Below are positions 1 through 6,631 of a DNA stretch of 25,905 nucleotides, piece by piece. The stretch's first letter is position 1; the number at the start of each line of letters is the position of its first letter. The notes beneath the pieces were generated by a model that worked only from the letters and a program-made list of their open reading frames with translations, was not told where the DNA came from and ran no database searches. The position numbers and the translations under genes are program-made. The DNA comes from a virus (taxonomy: Duplodnaviria; Heunggongvirae; Uroviricota; Caudoviricetes), in the IMG/VR virus record IMGVR_UViG_2711768032_000005; one strand, written 5' to 3'.

Positions 1-318
1 ATGAAAAAGATAGCTGCTATATCATTAATTAGTATTTTTATTGTGTCTGGTTGTGCTGTGCATAATGATGAGACAAGTATCGGTAAATTTGGTCTTGCAT
101 ATAAAAGTAATATTCAGCGTAAACTCGATAACCAATACTACACCGAAGCCGAAGCTTCTTTAGCCAGGGGCAGAATATCTGGTGCAGAAAATATAGTAAA
201 AAATGATGCAGCCCATTTCTGTGTTACTCAGGGCAAAAAAATGCAGATAGTTGACCTGAAGACAGAAGGTGCAGGATTACATGGCGTCGCTCGTCTGACA
301 TTCAAATGTGGAGAGTGA
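1..318 (+). CDS. putative small lipoprotein in host-side flank, outside the prophage
   Basis: ATG at 1, 105-aa ORF; N-terminal hydrophobic signal with lipobox-like VSGC (Cys at residue 18); AT-rich; lies left of the att core. Upstream context not visible. Confidence 0.5.
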   Translation: MKKIAAISLISIFIVSGCAVHNDETSIGKFGLAYKSNIQRKLDNQYYTEAEASLARGRISGAENIVKNDAAHFCVTQGKKMQIVDLKTEGAGLHGVARLTFKCGE

Positions 319-380
319 GAATATTTTTTGGTAAGCGTCAAACATGCGCGTTCTGGTTGTGCTTAGCCGGAACCTGTGCG

Positions 381-413
381 AGCACGATGCCGTTACGTGA
401 AAGGCATCGTGCT
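381..413. repeat. perfect 11-bp inverted repeat (AGCACGATGCC / GGCATCGTGCT) with 11-nt loop
   Basis: Read directly from sequence, 63 bp after the lipoprotein stop. No U-tract on either strand, so not a classical intrinsic terminator. Confidence 0.5.
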
Positions 414-476
414 ATGAAGGGAGATTCTATCGATGTGGTCAATGGAAGACGGTGACCAGGGATAGGGCTTATGCAT

Positions 477-503
477 AAAAAATAAGCCCGTGTAAGGGAG
501 ATT
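477..503. other. attL: P2-type attachment core, prophage left junction (attL)
   Basis: AAAAAATAAGCCCGTGTAAGGGAGATT matches the 27-bp P2 att core as I recall it; sits 80 bp beyond the int stop where P2 places att. Recalled, not searched. Confidence 0.55.
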
Positions 504-520
504 TAGGGTGTCACCAGTAG

Positions 521-575
521 GGGCTTTCAACGGTACAATGCGGGTTTGAGCGGCATAAATTACCACTGAAAGCCC
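521..575. repeat. 9-bp inverted repeat (GGGCTTTCA ... TGAAAGCCC) with 37-nt spacer between att core and int stop
   Basis: Read directly from sequence; position fits the att arm region. Function is inferred only. Confidence 0.35.
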
Positions 576-582
576 TTAAACG

Positions 583-1596
583 TTACTCTACTGTGGACAC
601 TGTGTGGACACTCTCGGCCTCAGTACCACCTCTTAGCGGATTAAGAGAAATGGCGTCCTGAAGGTACTCTGGCGCAAAATGAGCGTAAACCATAGTTTGC
701 TCAATCCGCGTGTGACCTAGTATCCGTTGTAGCGTGATAATACTTCCTCCATTAATCATGAAATGAGTGGCAAAGCTGTGCCTTAGTGCATGTGTGGCTT
801 GCCCCATTGGCAAATCCGGTTTTATTGCTTTCATTGTTCGTCTGAAGCGAGGGTAATCAGCATCAGGGAATAAAAAACCTCGTTTGTTATCCGCGATCAT
901 TTTGGCAACAGCCTCTGAGATCGGGACGGTGCGTGGTTTGTTTGTTTTCGTTTTAACAAACGTGACGCGGTTATGGATGATATTTTCTGCTTTCAAACGA
1001 GCTGCTTCTCCCCAACGTGCTCCAGTACTCAGGCAAAGAATCGCAATCTTTTTGTTGTCGCCGTCAAGAGCAGCAAGCAGTAAGGCAATTTCTTCCTGTG
1101 TGAGATAGCCTGTGTCTGGTTTTTCCTCCTTAAGCCTTTTTGTCCCTCTGATAGGGTGCTCACCAAAGAATAACTCCGCTTCAATCAGGGCTGTAAACAT
1201 GCCGCTAATACATGTTAAATCACGATTGATACTCGAAGGTTTAATACCCTGACTTCTTCGGGTGGCGCAGTACTGGCTGATAAGCGATTTCGTAATTTGA
1301 AATGCGCATGGGTCATTCGTTATTTTTGTGAAGATTTCAATTTTTCCAAGATTAGATTTCCCATGCTCTTCGTGTTTACCCTTTAAATCCCACCAGATCT
1401 GTGTCAGCTCTGACAGACGTCGCTTGTCTGTTGGTTTTGATAGCCATTCTTTATTGTGGTGGTTGTACAACGTGTATTTCTCGAAAGCGACAGCTTCGCT
1501 TTTCTTATCAAACTTCCTACGGATGCGTTTTCCATTACGTCCAGTAGGGCGGATGTCCACTTCATATCGACCATCATCGAGTTTTTTGATTGCCAT
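583..1596 (-). CDS. int: tyrosine integrase, P2 Int-like
   Basis: 337 aa, same length as P2 Int as recalled; C-terminal catalytic region HALRHSFATH...LGH...VYAHF with terminal Tyr; ATG at 1596; adjacent to att core. Confidence 0.9.
   Translation of the reverse strand: MAIKKLDDGRYEVDIRPTGRNGKRIRRKFDKKSEAVAFEKYTLYNHHNKEWLSKPTDKRRLSELTQIWWDLKGKHEEHGKSNLGKIEIFTKITNDPCAFQITKSLISQYCATRRSQGIKPSSINRDLTCISGMFTALIEAELFFGEHPIRGTKRLKEEKPDTGYLTQEEIALLLAALDGDNKKIAILCLSTGARWGEAARLKAENIIHNRVTFVKTKTNKPRTVPISEAVAKMIADNKRGFLFPDADYPRFRRTMKAIKPDLPMGQATHALRHSFATHFMINGGSIITLQRILGHTRIEQTMVYAHFAPEYLQDAISLNPLRGGTEAESVHTVSTVE
592..610. promoter_or_regulatory. two direct repeats TGTGGACA 11 bp apart, candidate integrase arm-type binding sites
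   Basis: TGTGGACA at 592-599 and 603-610, overlapping the 3' end of int. Matches my recollection of the P2 Int arm-site consensus; not verified. Confidence 0.4.
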
Positions 1597-1711
1597 CAGA
1601 AAACCCTCCGAGTGGTGTGTTTTTTTGCGACTACTAATCGCTTTTTTCGTGGTGGCTGAAATTTAGCCACCAATAGTAGGCACTTGTGATGAATATATTC
1701 ACGATGAATTG

Positions 1712-2011
1712 TTAACCAGTCTTTTGACCGGAGTGGGGCGACGTTGTTTCGTTTTGCCCAAAGTGTGCGAGAGCGGGCGCAATTTGCCCGGACTCAGGAG
1801 CGATCTGATTGGTCATGAACCATAAAGTGTATTTGGTGAATTGTGGGGTCTGCAGGATGTTCATCATGACATCTGTTGGAGGTGTTGAACGACCACTTTC
1901 ATAGTAACTCAGCGTGCCATACGGAACCCCTGTTAAATCAGCAAGTTGTTGTCTGCTCAAATACTCTGATTTTCGCATTAAGACTATCTTCTCGCTTATC
2001 GTGTTTGACAT
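1712..2011 (-). CDS. C: immunity repressor, P2 C-like
   Basis: 99 aa, same length as P2 C as recalled; helix-turn-helix segment SRQQLADLTGVPYGTLSYYESG; transcribed toward int, divergent from cox. Confidence 0.8.
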   Translation of the reverse strand: MSNTISEKIVLMRKSEYLSRQQLADLTGVPYGTLSYYESGRSTPPTDVMMNILQTPQFTKYTLWFMTNQIAPESGQIAPALAHFGQNETTSPHSGQKTG

Positions 2012-2014
2012 GGT

Positions 2015-2044
2015 GTTTAGATCTCAATAGTATTTAGTTTAGAT
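2015..2044. promoter_or_regulatory. candidate operator: direct repeats GTTTAGAT spaced 22 bp, in the C/cox divergent promoter region
   Basis: GTTTAGAT at 2015-2022 and 2037-2044, with a third related copy TGTTTAGT at 2051-2058. Direct-repeat operators flanking the early promoter fit what I recall of P2 C binding. Confidence 0.4.
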
Positions 2045-2125
2045 GTAGATTGTTTAGTGCTTGGATGTGGGCACTAAAAGGCATTATAAGACATTAAACG
2101 CAATTCATGAGGGCTAGAGGACGAC

Positions 2126-2401
2126 ATGAGCAAGCAAGTAACACTCATGACTGATGCGATTCCTTATCAGGAGTTCGCAAAACTAATAGGAAAATCGACA
2201 GGAGCGGTTCGTCGGATGATCGATAAAGGAAAGCTGCCTGTAATTGATATGACCGATCCACAATCAGCTTCAGGTCGTGCAGGTGAATATTGGGTATACC
2301 TTCCGGCATGGAATAACGGACTAAAACTGGCTTATGAAAGCCGCCCTAAAGAGATTCGTGACGGCTGGTTGATGTGGTTAGGTCTCGGTGAACCACGTTA
2401 A
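2126..2401 (+). CDS. cox: Cox-like excisionase / early repressor of Pc
   Basis: 91 aa, same length as P2 Cox as recalled; first gene of rightward early operon; GAGG RBS 6 nt upstream of ATG. Confidence 0.75.
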   Translation: MSKQVTLMTDAIPYQEFAKLIGKSTGAVRRMIDKGKLPVIDMTDPQSASGRAGEYWVYLPAWNNGLKLAYESRPKEIRDGWLMWLGLGEPR

Positions 2402-2411
2402 GGAGAACCGT

Positions 2412-2582
2412 ATGAATGAGCCTCGTTGTATTGCTCAGTTACTGCGTAACAAAAGCCCCAGGGCGATTGACTTCACCATCACCCACGGTAAGGGGCGTAA
2501 GGGAATCATTATCCGCACCAAAAAACAGAGTCCGTTAAAAAAGGCTCTGACCTTTCTGAAAAGCCGGAGGGTATGGAAATGA
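2412..2582 (+). CDS. small early protein, hypothetical (P2 orf78 position)
   Basis: ATG at 2412 preceded by AGGAG at 2401-2405; 56 aa, basic; stop overlaps the B start (ATGA). The ORF track's longer form begins at an in-frame upstream codon. Confidence 0.5.
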   Translation: MNEPRCIAQLLRNKSPRAIDFTITHGKGRKGIIIRTKKQSPLKKALTFLKSRRVWK

Positions 2583-3079
2583 CAGTGATGACGCTCAATC
2601 TCGTTGAAAAACAGCCAGCAGCTATGCGCCGGATAATTGGCAAGCATCTTGCCGTCCCTCGCTGGCAGGATACATGTGATTATTATAATCAGATGATGGA
2701 GCGCGAACGGCTAACGGTTTGCTTTCATGCACAGTTAAAACAGCGTCACGCAACGATGCGTTTTGAAGAAATGAACGACGTCGAACGTGAACGACTGGTT
2801 TGTGCAATTGATGAATTGCGTGGCGCATTCTCAAAACGCCGTCAGGTTGGTGCAAGTGAGTATGCATATATTAGTTTTTTAACAGTCAGTCAGCGTCGCA
2901 CTTTATTTATGCACGCACGACTGACTGAAAAAGAATTCAACCAGCCATACTGGCGAATTAATGAAGAATCATGTTACTGGCGTGATGCTTTGTTCCGTGC
3001 ATTACGTGAATTATTCAGCCTGTTTGAGTATGCACCGACAATTCTGACGTCGGTAAAACCAGAGCAATATCTGCATTAA
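2579..3079 (+). CDS. B: replication protein B-like
   Basis: 166 aa from ATG 2579, same length as P2 B as recalled; GGAGG 8 nt upstream; ATGA overlap with the preceding ORF. Alternative start ATG 2573. Confidence 0.65.
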   Translation: MTVMTLNLVEKQPAAMRRIIGKHLAVPRWQDTCDYYNQMMERERLTVCFHAQLKQRHATMRFEEMNDVERERLVCAIDELRGAFSKRRQVGASEYAYISFLTVSQRRTLFMHARLTEKEFNQPYWRINEESCYWRDALFRALRELFSLFEYAPTILTSVKPEQYLH

Positions 3080-3142
3080 ATAATTAACCAGAGTTTTTAA
3101 CGCACTTAATCGTGCGGGGCTTCTTTTTGCCTGGAGAAAGTC

Positions 3143-3367
3143 ATGCATACAGTTTCTGAAAATCAGTGCGGTATATACGCATTACTGCTGCAACAGGCCA
3201 GAACCGAAGCACAGGCCGACGCTGCGACGCGCTTTTCTTCTCATCTTGACGCCATGATTCGCCACATCACAAAGGCGGAGTTATCCCGCGTGGAGATAGT
3301 CGAGCTGCTAAGTCAGGAGTCGGAAAAATTTCACAATATCGGATTGTCTCGCGGGAAGGTGCTTTGA
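3143..3367 (+). CDS. hypothetical early protein
   Basis: 74-aa ORF with GGAGAAAG RBS; P2 early-region synteny. Confidence 0.5.
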   Translation: MHTVSENQCGIYALLLQQARTEAQADAATRFSSHLDAMIRHITKAELSRVEIVELLSQESEKFHNIGLSRGKVL

Positions 3368-3669
3368 TGTCCTGTTCTCATTCAGTTGTATTACTGAATA
3401 ACGCCTTAAAAATCGCCGTTATGAAAAATGGTGATTTGTCTCTTATTCAACTTTGTCTTGATAAAGAAAAACGCGACATAACTGAATCTGTTATCGCGAT
3501 TTATCAGAATGAATTAAACCTCCTGTCTGATGTGGTCAATTTACTTGTTAAACGCGCTGTATTCCACAAGCAAATTTCATCCGTGGATGAGCTGACAAAA
3601 TTAACGACAGAAATCGCCAGCTATTGCGCTGATGAATTCAAGAAACTGAACGATAAAAGGAGCTGGTAA
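3367..3669 (+). CDS. hypothetical early protein
   Basis: 100 aa from ATG 3367 (track start 3364 is TTG); TGATG overlap with the upstream ORF. Confidence 0.5.
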   Translation: MSCSHSVVLLNNALKIAVMKNGDLSLIQLCLDKEKRDITESVIAIYQNELNLLSDVVNLLVKRAVFHKQISSVDELTKLTTEIASYCADEFKKLNDKRSW

Positions 3670-3893
3670 TGCCGGACAACGTAGATTTTATTCAGGAACA
3701 ACAGGCTGAATTACTGGAGCGCCAGATTAACGCGGCAAGGGTAAAACATTGCGGTGTTTCTTCGCTGGTTTGCGAAGAGTGTGATGCGCCAATACCTGCT
3801 GCCCGTCGTGCGGCTTATCCGTCAGCCACGCGTTGTGTTTCCTGTCAGTCAGTCTTTGAAGCAAAAAACAAACATTACCGGAGAACGGCATGA
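3669..3893 (+). CDS. TraR/DksA-like C4 zinc-finger protein
   Basis: 74 aa; CEEC-(x17)-CVSC motif typical of the phage TraR/DksA zinc-finger family; AAGGAG RBS. Confidence 0.6.
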   Translation: MPDNVDFIQEQQAELLERQINAARVKHCGVSSLVCEECDAPIPAARRAAYPSATRCVSCQSVFEAKNKHYRRTA

Positions 3894-4165
3894 GTATTCG
3901 TATTGAAATTGGCGAACGTTATGTCGTTACCAGTGACAGCTTTCAGTTTATTCTCCACGAGAAAAAGAGGGCTGAAAGCGGTAAAAACGCCGGTCAGGAA
4001 TGGCTGGCGGTAGTTGGTTATTACCCGAAATTAAGCCAGCTCGTTTCCGGCATGATGCATCACGATATTCTGACCGGAAGCGCAAAGTCTTTTGCTGATT
4101 TAAACGCGCAGGTTGAGCAACTCAGCAAGCGTTGTTCAGAGGCTTTTGGCTCACATGGCCGTTAA
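3890..4165 (+). CDS. hypothetical early protein
   Basis: 91-aa ORF, GGAGAA RBS, ATGA overlap with the upstream ORF. Confidence 0.5.
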   Translation: MSIRIEIGERYVVTSDSFQFILHEKKRAESGKNAGQEWLAVVGYYPKLSQLVSGMMHHDILTGSAKSFADLNAQVEQLSKRCSEAFGSHGR

Positions 4166-6428
4166 AGCCTCCGGGCATTTTGTCCCTCCGTCAGCATTTG
4201 CCGCAGGCACCGGTAAGACGTTTACCGGTGCTTATGCATGGAACGCGCCACGCGAGGCCGTCGGGCGCGAAAGACCCCTTACACGTGACGAGATGCGTCA
4301 GGTGCAAGGTGTTTTATCCACGATTAACCGCCTGCCTTACTTTTTGCGCTCGCTGTTTACTTCACGCTATGACTACATCCGGCGCAATAAAAGCCCGGTG
4401 CACGGGTTTTATTTCCTCACATCCACTTTTCAGCGTCGTTTATGGCCGCGCATTGAGCGCGTGAATCAGCGCCATGAAATGAACACCGACGCGTCGTTGC
4501 TGTTTCTGGCAGAGCGCGACCAGTATGCGCGCCTGCCGGGGATGAATGACAAGGAGCTGAAAAAGTTTGCCGCCCGTATCTCATCACAGCTTTTCATGAT
4601 GTATGAGGAACTCTGCGATGCCTGGGTGGATGCGCATGGCGAGAAAGAATCGCTGTTTACGGATGAGGCGCAGGCTCACCTCTATGGTCATGTTGCTGGC
4701 GCTGCACGTGCTTTCAATATTTCCCCTCTCTACTGGAAAAAATACCGTAAAGGACAGATGACCACGAGGCAGGCATATTCTGCCATTGCCCGCCTGTTTA
4801 ACGATGAGTGGTGGACTCATCAGCTTAAAGGCCAGCGTATGCGCTGGCATGAGGCGTTACTGATTGCTGTCGGGGAGGTGAATAAAGACCGTTCTCCTTA
4901 TGCCAGTAAACATGCCATTCGTGATGTGCGTGCGCGCCGCCAGGCAAATCTGGAGTTTCTTAAATCGTGTGACCTTGAGAACAGGGAAACCGGCGAGCGC
5001 ATCGACCTTATCAGTAAGGTGATGGGCAGTATTTCTAATCCTGAAATTCGCCGGATGGAGCTGATGAACACCATTGCCGGTATTGAGCGTTACGCCGCCG
5101 CAGAGGGTGATGTGGGGATGTTTATCACGCTAACCGCGCCGTCAAAGTATCACCCGACACGTCAGGTCGGAAAAGGCGAAAGTAAAACCGTGCAGCTTAA
5201 TCACGGCTGGAACGATGAGGCATTTAATCCAAAGGATGCGCAGCGTTATCTCTGCCGTATCTGGAGCCTGATGCGCACGGCATTCAAGGATAATGATTTA
5301 CAGGTCTACGGTTTGCGTGTCGTCGAGCCACACCACGACGGAACGCCGCACTGGCATATGATGCTTTTTTGTAATCCACGCCAGCGTAACCAGATTATCG
5401 AAATCATGCGTCGCTACGCGCTCAAAGAGGATGGCGACGAAAGAGGAGCCGCGCGAAACCGTTTTCAGGCAAAACACCTTAACCGGGGCGGTGCTGCGGG
5501 ATATATCGCGAAATACATTTCAAAAAACATCGACGGCTATGCACTGGATGGTCAGCTCGATAACGATACCGGCAGACCGCTGAAAGACACTGCGGCGGCT
5601 GTTACCGCATGGGCGTCAACGTGGCGCATCCCGCAATTTAAAACGGTTGGACTGCCGACAATGGGGGCTTACCGTGAACTACGCAAATTGCCTCGCGGCG
5701 TCAGTATTGCTGATGAGTTTGACGAACGCGTCGAGGCTGCTCGCGCCGCCGCAGACAGTGGCGATTTTGCGCTGTATATCAGCACGCAGGGTGGGGCAAA
5801 TGTTCCGCGCGATTGTCAGACTGTCAGGGTTGCCCGTAGTCCGTCGGATGACGTTAACGAGTACGAGGAAGAAGTCGAGAGAGTGGTCGGCATTTACGCG
5901 CCGCATCTCGGCGCGCGTCATATTCATATCACCAGAACGACGGACTGGCGCATTGTGCCGAAAGTTCCGGTCGTTGAGCCTTTGACTTTAAAAAGCGGCA
6001 TCGCCGCGCCTCGGAGTCCTGTCAATAACTGTGGAAAGCTCACCGGTGGTGATACTTCGTTACCGGCTCCCACACCTTCTGAGCACGCCGCAGCCGTGCT
6101 AAATCTGGTTGATGACGGTGTTATCGAATGGAATGACCCGGAGGTCGTGAGGACGCTCAGGGGGGCATTAAAACACGGTCTGAGAAGACCAAACCGTCAG
6201 CAAAGAAACGGAAGCCCGTTAAAACCACATGAAATAGCACCGTCGGCCAGACTGACTCGGTCGGAACGATTGCAAATTACCCGTATCCGCGTTGACCTCG
6301 CTCAGAACGGTATCAGGCCGCAACGATGGGAGCTTGAGGCGCTGGCGCGTGGCGCGACCGTAAATTATGACGGGAAAAAATTCACGTATCCGATTGCTGA
6401 TGAGTGGCCGGAGTTTTCCGCAAACTAA
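4155..6428 (+). CDS. A: replication initiation protein A-like (rolling-circle nicking endonuclease)
   Basis: 757 aa from ATG 4155 (track ORF starts at TTG 4113; P2 A is about 761 aa as recalled). HUH-like HWHMMLF motif and paired tyrosines in GYIAKYISKNIDGY. Confidence 0.8.
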   Translation: MAVKASGHFVPPSAFAAGTGKTFTGAYAWNAPREAVGRERPLTRDEMRQVQGVLSTINRLPYFLRSLFTSRYDYIRRNKSPVHGFYFLTSTFQRRLWPRIERVNQRHEMNTDASLLFLAERDQYARLPGMNDKELKKFAARISSQLFMMYEELCDAWVDAHGEKESLFTDEAQAHLYGHVAGAARAFNISPLYWKKYRKGQMTTRQAYSAIARLFNDEWWTHQLKGQRMRWHEALLIAVGEVNKDRSPYASKHAIRDVRARRQANLEFLKSCDLENRETGERIDLISKVMGSISNPEIRRMELMNTIAGIERYAAAEGDVGMFITLTAPSKYHPTRQVGKGESKTVQLNHGWNDEAFNPKDAQRYLCRIWSLMRTAFKDNDLQVYGLRVVEPHHDGTPHWHMMLFCNPRQRNQIIEIMRRYALKEDGDERGAARNRFQAKHLNRGGAAGYIAKYISKNIDGYALDGQLDNDTGRPLKDTAAAVTAWASTWRIPQFKTVGLPTMGAYRELRKLPRGVSIADEFDERVEAARAAADSGDFALYISTQGGANVPRDCQTVRVARSPSDDVNEYEEEVERVVGIYAPHLGARHIHITRTTDWRIVPKVPVVEPLTLKSGIAAPRSPVNNCGKLTGGDTSLPAPTPSEHAAAVLNLVDDGVIEWNDPEVVRTLRGALKHGLRRPNRQQRNGSPLKPHEIAPSARLTRSERLQITRIRVDLAQNGIRPQRWELEALARGATVNYDGKKFTYPIADEWPEFSAN

Positions 6429-6600
6429 TAATGATGTTTGACAAAGAGTAATAAAGGGATGTTGACAAGGCTAAAATTTTTACCTGTCAGTATAGTTAGA
6501 GCAGTATAGTTCTGAGGAGTTCGAATATAACTAATGGGGCACTCTTTAATATGTGATTAACACGGTTATATTAAAATTAAATGCTCATAGGAATAAAATG

Positions 6601-6624
6601 AGGGCAAGAGGTTATTCTTGCCCT
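6601..6624. terminator. bidirectional intrinsic terminator between convergent gene A and the SIR2-like gene
   Basis: Perfect 9-bp stem AGGGCAAGA / TCTTGCCCT with 6-nt loop; U-rich tracts on both strands (TGATTTATT on plus, CATTTTATTC on minus); directly downstream of the SIR2-like stop at 6632. Confidence 0.6.
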
Positions 6625-6631
6625 TGATTTA

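Noticed and set aside
1652-1670. Hairpin GTGGCT / AGCCAC between C and int
   Set aside because: The T-run precedes the stem on the plus strand and an A-run follows it on the minus strand, so it does not fit an intrinsic terminator for the C-int transcript.
3101-3131. Short hairpin (CGCAC / GTGCG) followed by CTTCTTTTT after gene B
   Set aside because: Only a 5-bp stem; too weak to call a terminator confidently, though it could act as an attenuator.
4113-4154. Upstream extensions of several ORFs in the track (A from 4113, O from 12632, L from 15471, X from 15971, lysC from 17616)
   Set aside because: The upstream codons are TTG or lack an RBS, while internal ATG starts with good RBS give proteins matching P2 lengths; internal starts used instead.
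6534-6560. 8-codon ORF (MGHSLICD) after a GAGGAG motif in the A/SIR2 intergenic region
   Set aside because: Too short and no supporting signal; the RBS-like motif is 14 nt from the ATG.
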